Shown: positions 1 to 7,116 of the stretch, piece after piece
Layout of the letters: each line of letters starts with the position of its first letter
How positions within the stretch are numbered: position 1 is the first letter of the stretch
Source: a virus
Lineage: Duplodnaviria > Caudoviricetes
DNA: 56,526 nt
Strand: one strand, 5' to 3'
Virus record (IMG/VR): IMGVR_UViG_3300040806_002135
Coordinates: 1-56,526 of that record
Made by a program: the position numbers and the translations under genes
Notes under the pieces: generated by a model
What the model was told of the DNA's origin: nothing
What the model saw: the letters and a program-made list of their open reading frames with translations, nothing else
Database searches by the model: none

Positions 1-109
1 TTCAGATATCAAGATCTTCAAATGTTTATTGATTTGAATATCCAGTATTTGTTTATTTAACTTTCTGCATATAACCTGGTTTTTCCTGATTTCTTGAGAT
101 ATCAGGAAT

Positions 110-556
110 TCAATTGATTTGTTTTGGTGATTGTTCCAAGCCTTTTGGAATGTTGCCAAGCATGTGCTCTACTGTAACAGTCTGATTTATTTGTTTATTC
201 TCTTGTAGCACTCCCACTTCTGCTCCCATCATTCCAAGCAATCTAGAAGCAGGAGCAAAAGCCTTTTCCTGCTTCGCTAATAGGTAAAGATCGACCGCTT
301 CTGCTAGCACCCATTCTTTCGTAAGTACTGCTGTTCTGCTTTTGCTGTTCTCCAAGTCCTGCAAGTACTCCTGCACTCGATCACGCTTCAAAATATTGCT
401 TGCAATACCTGCTGCTGATTTTTCTGAGTATCCTGCTTCTTTTGCTGCCTCTATTCCATTGAAATTATTAGAAAAATATATATTGCAGAAGATTCGCTCT
501 TTTGGAGTGAGTTTGTTCTTGTTGGGTACTTGATTTGACATGAGCGGACATTTCAT
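110..556 (-). CDS. terS: Terminase small subunit
   Basis: LTPKERIFCNIY...NGIEAAKEAGYSEKSA...ASNIL...VQEYL matches the Terminase_2-type N-terminal HTH; start may be ATG 541. Confidence 0.88.
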   Translation of the reverse strand: MKCPLMSNQVPNKNKLTPKERIFCNIYFSNNFNGIEAAKEAGYSEKSAAGIASNILKRDRVQEYLQDLENSKSRTAVLTKEWVLAEAVDLYLLAKQEKAFAPASRLLGMMGAEVGVLQENKQINQTVTVEHMLGNIPKGLEQSPKQIN

Positions 557-659
557 CTTATACTTGTTCCATCGTCAGACACGGCAACGCAATCGCAAGC
601 CAGTCAGACGCAAATCAAATCCTATCAACATTATTTCTATAAAGTGTTAGGCGTTTGAT

Positions 660-689
660 TTGACATTTATTAGACGATTAGAGTATAAT
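660..689 (+). promoter_or_regulatory. Strong sigma70 early promoter
   Basis: TTGACA (660-665), 18-nt spacer, TATAAT (684-689), upstream of the early gene array. Confidence 0.88.
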
Positions 690-695
690 AGTACT

Positions 696-925
696 CAACA
701 ATTCAGACAAGGCAAGACACCCGAAAGTGCGAAAGCGCCTGAACCCTTGCCTTGTGTTCGCAGTATCTTCGAAAATTTAAAGACGTGAGCGCCTAACCAC
801 GGTAGTCCATAAGATTCACGCTGAAACTAGGCGGACTAGCCAACGCAGTCCGTTCAAAAAGATTCACCAGAAAACAGTACGTCCAACGTTGGGCGAAAGT
901 GTGGTGGATCAATGCCTCCTCCAGA
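696..925 (+). ncRNA. Structured 5' leader / candidate ncRNA
   Basis: No ORF; stems ACAAGGCAAG 707-716/CTTGCCTTGT 746-755 enclosing two GAAA loops, GGCGGACT/AGTCCGTT, GATTCACCA 861-869/TGGTGGATC 902-910; G-U pairs on the + strand. Confidence 0.55.
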
Positions 926-941
926 ACCATGCCCATTTGGG

Positions 942-1017
942 CATGGCTTAGAGTCCATCAAGGTGGACTGTAGGCCATGACTAAACATGGCATTCAATCA
1001 ACTAATCTGGAGGCAAT
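942..1017 (+). promoter_or_regulatory. Intergenic two-state stem element E0 plus RBS
   Basis: CATGGCTTA 942-950/TAGGCCATG 971-979 around AGTCCATC/GGTGGACT; alternative GCCATG/CATGGC; then AACTAATCTGGAGGC. Confidence 0.7.
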
Positions 1018-1137
1018 ATGCGAAAGCAATTAGTGGTCAGTCAGTTCCCTCAGTACCAACGCCCTCGGCGTTGGAGGATGAACCCACTAGAACGCCTAGA
1101 AATGGGCGTTCGTTACTACAAAAAACCAAAGATGTAA
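1018..1137 (+). CDS. Small basic hypothetical protein (39 aa, MRKQLVVSQFPQYQRPRRW...)
   Basis: Translated by hand; strong CTGGAGG RBS; stop abuts element E1. Confidence 0.6.
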   Translation: MRKQLVVSQFPQYQRPRRWRMNPLERLEMGVRYYKKPKM

Positions 1138-1215
1138 ACCTAGCATAAGACTGCTATCGGCAGTCTGTTAGTAGGTTTATGACCTGCTGTTTCAACAACT
1201 AATCTGGAGGCGACA
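1135..1215 (+). promoter_or_regulatory. Intergenic two-state stem element E1 plus RBS
   Basis: TAAACCTA 1135-1142/TAGGTTTA 1172-1179; AGACTGC/GCAGTCT; alternative AGTAGGT/ACCTGCT; AACAACTAATCTGGAGGC. Confidence 0.75.
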
Positions 1216-1527
1216 ATGTACCAAAGAGTAGAAGAATACGAATTCGTGCAAGCATTCAAAGACTTCAACCGTACCGATCAATTCACCAGAGATGGGCTGA
1301 ATGTTCTATTTGAACACCTAGTGTCTTTAGAAGAAGACACCGGCGAAGAGATTGAACTAGACGTGGTTGCTTTGTGTTGTGAGTTCTACGAGTACTCACT
1401 GAAAGAGTACAACAACGAACATTCCCAACAATGGGAAACCATTGAAGAACTCGCAGAACACCTAGCAGACTACACAACCGTTGCCGGAACAACTGGACGA
1501 GACACCATAATCTTCCAAGCATACTGA
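1216..1527 (+). CDS. Acidic early phage protein of unknown function
   Basis: F.R..QF...GL..LF..L...EEDTGEEIELDVVALCCEF pattern is familiar from phage early proteins; strong RBS. Confidence 0.8.
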   Translation: MYQRVEEYEFVQAFKDFNRTDQFTRDGLNVLFEHLVSLEEDTGEEIELDVVALCCEFYEYSLKEYNNEHSQQWETIEELAEHLADYTTVAGTTGRDTIIFQAY

Positions 1528-1641
1528 AAACTAGTTCAGAACAGTCATCGTTGACTGTTCGCAAGTAGGTTTCAACTACCTGCTACCTCACGGACAACTA
1601 CACCCAGTAGTGTCCTAAAAATAATAATTTCTGGAGGCAAT
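1525..1641 (+). promoter_or_regulatory. Intergenic two-state stem element E2 plus RBS
   Basis: TGAAAACTA 1525-1533/TAGGTTTCA 1566-1574; GAACAGTCA/TGACTGTTC; alternative AGTAGGT/ACCTGCT; extra hairpin; TCTGGAGGC. Confidence 0.75.
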
Positions 1642-2391
1642 ATGGCACTGTTAACAATCGGCGGAAACCCAAAACTCGCTAAGTCTGACACGTCCAACCA
1701 AGGCTTCATCACAGCAGGACTGAACTTGGCTGCTGCCAACACGTCCGGCTACGAAGTATGCCCAAGACGTTCAACAGGCTGCACAGCAGAGTGCTTGCTG
1801 TACCAAGGACGTGGACGCATGGCTTCCGTGATGGCAGCACGACTGACAAAGACTAAGTTCTTCTTTGAGCATCGTGCTGACTTCTTGGAACAACTGCATG
1901 GCGAGATCGACAAGTTCCAACGTTCGGCAACTCGCAAAGGACTGACTGCCGTCGTGCGGCTCAACGTGATGTCTGACATCAACTGGGAGCGCATCGATCC
2001 ATCGTTGTTCACTACCTTCCCCAACGTGCAGTTCTATGACTACACCAAACGGGAAGACCGAATGAACCGATTCCTTGACGGCAACTTTCCCAGCAACTAC
2101 TCGCTCTGCTTCTCACGCAGCGAGGACAACGAGGACTACTGTCGCACGGTTCTCCAACGTGGTGGAACCATCAACGTGGTCTTCCGTGACTGGTTTCCAC
2201 TCAGCTACCTTGGCTTCCCAGTGACGGACGGAGACAAGGACGATCTCACGTTCTTGACACCATCACACACAGTCCGTGCTGTGATCGCCAAGGGTAGTGC
2301 AAAGCACGACAAGTCTGGCTTCGTTGTCGATGCGACTGACAAGCACATGCAGTCATCTTGGCAAAGACAAAAAGCGGAGGCAATCGCATAA
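1642..2391 (+). CDS. GP88-like (radical-SAM-like) phage protein
   Basis: NPKLAKS, CPxxxxGCxxxC cysteine triad, VRLNVMSDI and FYDYTK motifs. Confidence 0.75.
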   Translation: MALLTIGGNPKLAKSDTSNQGFITAGLNLAAANTSGYEVCPRRSTGCTAECLLYQGRGRMASVMAARLTKTKFFFEHRADFLEQLHGEIDKFQRSATRKGLTAVVRLNVMSDINWERIDPSLFTTFPNVQFYDYTKREDRMNRFLDGNFPSNYSLCFSRSEDNEDYCRTVLQRGGTINVVFRDWFPLSYLGFPVTDGDKDDLTFLTPSHTVRAVIAKGSAKHDKSGFVVDATDKHMQSSWQRQKAEAIA

Positions 2392-2475
2392 CTGAGATCC
2401 ATGCCTAGACACTCAACGAGTGTCTAGACCTGACATCACGGTGATGCAGGGACTAACAACAATATCTGGAGGCAT
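2389..2475 (+). promoter_or_regulatory. Intergenic stem element E3 plus RBS
   Basis: CTAGACACTC 2405-2414/GAGTGTCTAG 2418-2427; CCTGACATCAC/GTGATGCAGG; AACAACAATATCTGGAGGC; outer stem degenerate. Confidence 0.65.
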
Positions 2476-2619
2476 ATGGAACAAGAAACAAAGATCGTAA
2501 CGCTTACCATCAAACTAGAAGTTGATGAAAACGTAGACGTTGAAGAGATGGTAAATGAGATGGACTACTCATTCGACTACGACGGAATTCTTGGATCAAC
2601 AATCACGGAGTATGTATGA
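2476..2619 (+). CDS. Small acidic hypothetical protein (47 aa, MEQETKIVTLTIKLEVDENVDVEEMVNEMDYSF...)
   Basis: Translated by hand; CTGGAGG RBS. Confidence 0.75.
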   Translation: MEQETKIVTLTIKLEVDENVDVEEMVNEMDYSFDYDGILGSTITEYV

Positions 2620-2732
2620 AACAGAAACTACTAGCCCGTAAACGATGGATCAAGGCGAGAGAAAAGGCTATTGATCGTATCCTTGCGAGGATACCAAAAG
2701 AAGAACAACCAACGGAGGAATCAACCAACTAA
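2616..2732 (+). CDS. Small hypothetical protein (38 aa, MKQKLLARKRWIKAREKAIDRILA...)
   Basis: ATGA overlap with the upstream ORF, GGAG RBS, stop abuts element E4. Confidence 0.6.
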   Translation: MKQKLLARKRWIKAREKAIDRILARIPKEEQPTEESTN

Positions 2733-2813
2733 AACCCAGATTGTTACGCTCTTCCCTAGAGCGTAGCGACCTGCGTTTTAAGCAGGGTTTAACAACCAAC
2801 TACTGGAGGCAGT
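2730..2813 (+). promoter_or_regulatory. Intergenic two-state stem element E4 plus RBS
   Basis: TAAAACCCAG 2730-2739/CTGCGTTTTA 2771-2780; TTGTTACGCTCT/AGAGCGTAGCGA; alternative CCTGC/GCAGG; AACAACCAACTACTGGAGGC. Confidence 0.75.
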
Positions 2814-3176
2814 ATGATTCATTGGAACATGACAACTAACACCTACTCAACAATCCACATCAACGATGTAGATGTTCGTACACTACGTCACATTGGCTAC
2901 AAGTTTTTTTGTGTAAAGATTGACTGGAATTACGAAGGTCAACTTGACGAAGATGACATTGAAAACCAACACGACACCAGCATCCAAGAAACAGTGTATG
3001 TCATTGCTGCAAATGAATGGCTTGCTGGACGTACCGCCTTCCTCCACTTGGACGATACCTACTCTCCAGCGGGAGATGCTTGGGCGGACGTAAGTGACGC
3101 AACAACCGCAACGGAAATCGAACCACTGGGCTTGAAACCGACTTACTACACCATCTCCATAAACCTAGAACCCTAA
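2814..3176 (+). CDS. Acidic hypothetical early protein
   Basis: 120-aa ORF with RBS, bounded by E4 and E5. Confidence 0.75.
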   Translation: MIHWNMTTNTYSTIHINDVDVRTLRHIGYKFFCVKIDWNYEGQLDEDDIENQHDTSIQETVYVIAANEWLAGRTAFLHLDDTYSPAGDAWADVSDATTATEIEPLGLKPTYYTISINLEP

Positions 3177-3267
3177 GAACCCAGACCGTCACCCTTCACG
3201 GAGGGTGATTGCCTGCGTTCTTCCAACGTAGGGTAACTAACAACGCCAACAAGGAGGTGACAACGCT
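3174..3267 (+). promoter_or_regulatory. Intergenic two-state stem element E5 plus RBS
   Basis: AAGAACCCAG 3175-3184/CTGCGTTCTT 3213-3222; GTCACCCTT/GAGGGTGAT; alternative CCTGCGTT/AACGTAGG; AAGGAGGTGA RBS. Confidence 0.75.
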
Positions 3268-3453
3268 ATGACCCACAAACAATTCTTTTGGCTAGATCGT
3301 CCTCAGAACGATGATGACATCTGGAACCTAGCCTTGGAAGTTCTTTGTGCAGAGGAATACGACTCGCCTGACGAAATCTCCGACGAAGTGCTTGGAGACA
3401 AACTCAACGAGTTACGAAAGGAATACAACATCGAACGCCCAAAGCTAACCTAA
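3268..3453 (+). CDS. Small acidic hypothetical protein
   Basis: 61-aa ORF with perfect SD AAGGAGGT. Confidence 0.75.
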   Translation: MTHKQFFWLDRPQNDDDIWNLALEVLCAEEYDSPDEISDEVLGDKLNELRKEYNIERPKLT

Positions 3454-3528
3454 CCAACCCCCTACCTCCAGGTCGAGTGGCAACACTCGGCCTAGAACAA
3501 CCGAAAAACATTATTTTCTGGAGAATTT

Positions 3529-4203
3529 ATGAACATCAAAGACCTCAAGGTACTTGTGGCCTGTGAGTCCAGCGGCACAGTCCGTGACGCCTTCAACCGA
3601 CTGGGCTGCAACGCTTGGTCCTGTGATATTTTACCGGCGAACGGACAGCTTATTCAGACCGATGTCCGTGAAGTACTGTTTCCTGACACATGGGATCTGA
3701 TGATCGCACACCCCCCATGTACCTACCTGACTGCCAGCGGGATGCACTGGACGACAAGGGGACTGCGTGACCCCAAGCTGACTGAGGATGCCCTCGACTT
3801 CGTGCGATTGCTGATGGACGCACCGATACGCCACATCGCAATCGAAAACCCAGTGGGGCGGATCGGTACGGCTATTCGCAAGGCCGACCAGTACGTCCAT
3901 CCCTACCTCTTTGGCCACGATACCAGCAAATGCACCGGCCTCTGGCTCAGTAACCTCCCCAAACTTCAACCTACAGAGTTTGTTCCAGCGGCACGACACG
4001 CTTGCTGTGGCAAGTGGCAGGACGAGGGACAGTGCAGCGAGTGCGGCAAGAAAACCAAGCCACGCTGGGCGAACCAAGCCCCATCGGGTGCTGACAGCAC
4101 ACCCCCATCGAAAGATCGCTGGCAGAAGCGGTCTGTTACGGCAACCGGCATCGCCGATGCGATGGCCCAACAATGGACTCAACACATACTGGAGACAGCA
4201 TGA
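3529..4203 (+). CDS. DNA cytosine-C5 methyltransferase-like protein (short phage type)
   Basis: VLVACESSG (motif I), DLMIAHPPC (catalytic PC), IENP (motif VI), KxTxLW, RSxT..GIA.AMA.QW. Confidence 0.85.
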   Translation: MNIKDLKVLVACESSGTVRDAFNRLGCNAWSCDILPANGQLIQTDVREVLFPDTWDLMIAHPPCTYLTASGMHWTTRGLRDPKLTEDALDFVRLLMDAPIRHIAIENPVGRIGTAIRKADQYVHPYLFGHDTSKCTGLWLSNLPKLQPTEFVPAARHACCGKWQDEGQCSECGKKTKPRWANQAPSGADSTPPSKDRWQKRSVTATGIADAMAQQWTQHILETA

Positions 4204-4412
4204 TCGAAATCACCGCACAACCATCGCAACGATACACTCCCCCCGTAGACGATTGGGAGAGTTTCATTCAGATCTGCCATGAGGAGGATTTTTCAGGTCT
4301 ACCTATGCTTGGGTATAGGCAAGACTATGAAATCGCCACAGTAACAGATCTGAGCATCCACACGGGCATATCGACGCCTTTCAACTTAGACGATTTGACT
4401 AGGAGTGAGTAA
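4200..4412 (+). CDS. Hypothetical protein
   Basis: ATGA overlap with the MTase stop, GGAG RBS. Confidence 0.6.
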   Translation: MIEITAQPSQRYTPPVDDWESFIQICHEEDFSGLPMLGYRQDYEIATVTDLSIHTGISTPFNLDDLTRSE

Positions 4413-4413
4413 A

Positions 4414-4842
4414 ATGAAACTAAATATTTCGGAGGAACGAGCAGACATCCCCAAGATCGACGCTGCCATCGGCAAGTGGCTCACGCACGGAACGACCATC
4501 TTCCAAATGCGAGACTTCGCCCAGCAGGCAGAAAAACTCTTGGACAAGATCAAGCTGCCCAAGGCTGACCGCTCCGGCGTACAACACGCCTTCTACTCCG
4601 GCAGCGTGGTTCCCAACCGTTACCGACACGAACGTTCAACGCACTGTGTCCTGCTGGAGCGCGGCACAAGGGACTGGTATCTCAGGTCCGTCTATCGAAC
4701 CACCCAATCCCCTAGCCAAGGCCACCGTGCCGAAACGTACCTCACCAAGAAACAGCGGGACATCGTTGTCCGCCAATTCACCAAGCAATTCACCGTCCTC
4801 AAGGATAACGCATTGGAAACCACCGCAAAGGAGACAGCTTGA
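4414..4842 (+). CDS. Hypothetical protein
   Basis: AGGAG RBS, packed tightly in the early operon. Confidence 0.7.
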   Translation: MKLNISEERADIPKIDAAIGKWLTHGTTIFQMRDFAQQAEKLLDKIKLPKADRSGVQHAFYSGSVVPNRYRHERSTHCVLLERGTRDWYLRSVYRTTQSPSQGHRAETYLTKKQRDIVVRQFTKQFTVLKDNALETTAKETA

Positions 4843-5048
4843 TCGCTGGCCAACGTACCGTGACCCCCTATGATCGCGGCTCCGCCGATGCCTACTACTG
4901 GCGTGGGCCGGAACCGCACTACTACTCCAGCGGCTGGCGTATCCCTGCGTCAGAGATGACGGAATACCAGATCGCCAGCTACCACCGTGGGTACTCTGAG
5001 GAGTACGAACGGAAAGATTATTTCACCTTCGGATGTGAAAGGGACTGA
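4839..5048 (+). CDS. Conserved small phage protein
   Basis: PYDRGSADAYY.R...PHYY...MT..QI..Y..GY motif familiar from phage hypotheticals; TTG start. Confidence 0.75.
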   Translation: MIAGQRTVTPYDRGSADAYYWRGPEPHYYSSGWRIPASEMTEYQIASYHRGYSEEYERKDYFTFGCERD

Positions 5049-5049
5049 C

Positions 5050-5175
5050 ATGGACGCTACCCTCCGTTTCCTGACCTTCCTGCTGCTGACCAGTTGTGCA
5101 TTTTTGCTGCTGGTCCCCAGTATCCTCAACAGCATCACCTTCTGGCTGAAGGTGTTTGAAGTCACCATCAAGTGA
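5050..5175 (+). CDS. Small membrane protein (41 aa)
   Basis: MDATLRFLTFLLLTSCAFLLLVPSILNSITFWL..., one hydrophobic segment. Confidence 0.55.
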   Translation: MDATLRFLTFLLLTSCAFLLLVPSILNSITFWLKVFEVTIK

Positions 5176-5184
5176 GGAGAGACT

Positions 5185-5427
5185 ATGAAACTTCCAACGA
5201 AACTGACCTTCCATTGCACCATCACCATTGACTCTGCAGATTGGGTCAAATGGTTTGAGTATGGCGTAGGCCGCAAACCAGCAGACCGTGACGAGTTTGA
5301 CAAAGATCTAGACGAAACCCTTTTACCCCAGATCATGGGCGCAATTATAGCGTGTAAAATTCCTGTCGAATCCCTCCAGCTTTCGGGCGCAGACAAACCA
5401 ATCATCACCAAAGACGAGGCGATCTAA
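5185..5427 (+). CDS. Hypothetical protein
   Basis: GAGGAG RBS, operon packing. Confidence 0.7.
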   Translation: MKLPTKLTFHCTITIDSADWVKWFEYGVGRKPADRDEFDKDLDETLLPQIMGAIIACKIPVESLQLSGADKPIITKDEAI

Positions 5428-5654
5428 TGCACTACCTCGTTTTCGCCGGAACCTCCGGCCCCCTGCGGCCCATCTTCCACACCACCGACTGGTCGGAAGC
5501 CGCCGCCATCCAAGGCCAGGTCCACTATGACCCAGCCCTCGACACCACCGCATGGCTGTGCGAGTTTGAGTCAGAAGACCTGCAATTCTTCCAGATCAAT
5601 CCGGCCCAGCAGGGCTGGGTTGATCCAACGTTCAACACGAAGGAGACGGCATGA
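5427..5654 (+). CDS. Hypothetical protein
   Basis: TAATG overlap, GAGG RBS. Confidence 0.65.
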   Translation: MHYLVFAGTSGPLRPIFHTTDWSEAAAIQGQVHYDPALDTTAWLCEFESEDLQFFQINPAQQGWVDPTFNTKETA

Positions 5655-6010
5655 ATCTGAAACACTGTGTACCCATGAAAATCTGGACATACAAATCCGT
5701 CAAGGCTTGGATCGTCAAGTACGAAGAAGACGGCGAAGTTGATTATGAAGTTCACTTTTCCCTCATGGATGCATCGGATCACGCAGGACAGGCATCCGCC
5801 ATTATGCCACTACCGGAGATCATCGAAGCCAAGGTTCTGATCAAGGACGGGTTTAGCTGGCCGGATCGTGAAGAGTATGGCGAACATCGTGGCAAGACAC
5901 GGAAAGATCCCAACGTTGTAGATTTCATCGAACAGATCGAAGCCGAACAGGAAAAAGAAAGGAAACTCTATGAAGAACTCGACGACGACGATGAAGAACA
6001 AACCTACTGA
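5651..6010 (+). CDS. Hypothetical protein with acidic C-terminus
   Basis: ATGA overlap, AAGGAG RBS, EELDDDDEEQ tail. Confidence 0.7.
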   Translation: MNLKHCVPMKIWTYKSVKAWIVKYEEDGEVDYEVHFSLMDASDHAGQASAIMPLPEIIEAKVLIKDGFSWPDREEYGEHRGKTRKDPNVVDFIEQIEAEQEKERKLYEELDDDDEEQTY

Positions 6011-6692
6011 GGCCTGCTACTACCTCCGCACCTCCAGCGCCACGAACGTTGGTGGCGATTCCGACGTGCGGCAGAAAGCCGCCATCGACAAGTACGCCTT
6101 CCAGCAGGATCTCACGCTGGTGCGGGGGGCCTACGACGCTGCCGTCAGTGGCAGTGACCCGATCCATGAGCGTCCAGGGCTGACCGACCTGCTCGACTGG
6201 ATGACCAAGAACCACATCACCCTGCTGCTGGTGGAGGACTCCTCCCGCTTCAGCAGGGACCTGATGGTGCAGGAGATCGGACACCAGTACCTCAAGTCCC
6301 TCGGCATCCAACTGGTTCCGGTGGACTCCCCCGACTCCTTCACGGAGGACAGCGAGGACCCCACCCGCACCCTGATCCGCCATGTGCTGGGGGCGATCCG
6401 GCAGTTTGAGAAGACGCAGGTCGTGCTGAAACTGAAGGGGGCCCGTCGGAGGGCACGGGGTTCCAGCGGCAAGCTAACCCGCGCTGGCGTAGGCAAGTGC
6501 GAGGGGCGGATCTCTCTGGAGGAACGCTACCCTGGCATCACGGAGCGGATCTACCACCTCCGTGAGGAGCGCAAACTCAAGTGGGCGGTGATCCCCCCGC
6601 AACTCTGGGAGGAGGGATTCACCAGCGAGGTAGGCACACCGATCAGCGTCAGCAGGCTCCACGCCCTGCACCGTGCGGCCTTGCGGCGCTAA
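5991..6692 (+). CDS. Small serine recombinase (resolvase/invertase family)
   Basis: YLRTSS catalytic motif, DAAVSG...RPGL, LLVEDSSRFSR, long E-helix, GKCEGR, C-terminal helical DNA-binding domain. Confidence 0.92.
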   Translation: MKNKPTEACYYLRTSSATNVGGDSDVRQKAAIDKYAFQQDLTLVRGAYDAAVSGSDPIHERPGLTDLLDWMTKNHITLLLVEDSSRFSRDLMVQEIGHQYLKSLGIQLVPVDSPDSFTEDSEDPTRTLIRHVLGAIRQFEKTQVVLKLKGARRRARGSSGKLTRAGVGKCEGRISLEERYPGITERIYHLREERKLKWAVIPPQLWEEGFTSEVGTPISVSRLHALHRAALRR

Positions 6693-6734
6693 CCCCTGCG
6701 GGGCGGCGGCATCATGGCCAGCGTTGGTCGTGTA

Positions 6735-7114
6735 GTACATTCGTATAATCATTTTTACACGAAACAAAAACCCGCTAGGCCGCAGGAATACTGGTCTTCT
6801 TATTCTTTATATATTATATGTATACATATATATATATATATATATATTATTATTATTATTATTATTATTATAAACGCATACGCGAGGAGCCGTTGGAAAA
6901 TAATCCAACACCACCCCCTCCAACCTACCTACCGCACATGCTTTCTATTTATGTATACATTTCCCGCTAGGCCAGACGGATACTGGGCTAGCGGGGAGTA
7001 CATTTAATGGTATATGGTAATTACATGTAACGATTTAACATCGTTTTTTCCTATACAGCCTGTGTACATTCACAGCTGAACATTCCCGAACATTGGCGAA
7101 CATTCAGAATGTTC
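6735..7114. repeat. Iteron-like G(T/A)ACATT repeats and CCCGCTAGGCC..ATACTGG repeats; candidate origin or res site
   Basis: GTACATT at 6735, 6998, 7064; GAACATT at 7078, 7088, 7098 (10-bp phase), inverted copy at 7107; CCCGCTAG at 6771 and 6963, inverted at 6988. Confidence 0.6.
6826..6874. repeat. (TA)10(TTA)8 microsatellite in a 49-nt pure A/T tract
   Basis: Read directly: (TA)10 at 6827-6846, (TTA)8 at 6847-6870. Confidence 0.95.
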
Positions 7115-7116
7115 AA

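Noticed and set aside
707-760. c-di-GMP-I riboswitch-like words (GGCAA, GAAA loop, CGAAAGC, CCTGAACC)
   Set aside because: Spacing is too compressed, the second stem is missing, and GGCAAG is locked in a perfect 10-bp stem; only a cmscan hit would justify the call.
942-3232. Self-cleaving ribozymes or intrinsic terminators as the identity of E0-E5
   Set aside because: No hammerhead CTGANGA/GAAA core or HDV-type nested pseudoknot, and no U-tracts after the stems.
942-3267. Integron attC array or CRISPR array
   Set aside because: No RYYYAAC/GTTRRRY boxes, G-T pairs favour the top strand, the integrase shows no IntI-specific insertion that I can see, and the repeats are neither identical nor regularly spaced.
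6714-7007. 97-aa ORF with an IYIYIIII run
   Set aside because: It is a translation of the microsatellite; the region is better explained as non-coding.
7033-7061. dif-like site (minus strand CGATGTTAAAT resembles the XerD arm)
   Set aside because: 9/11 match on one arm only, missing the inner TT, with a poor XerC arm; plausible by chance in AT-rich DNA.
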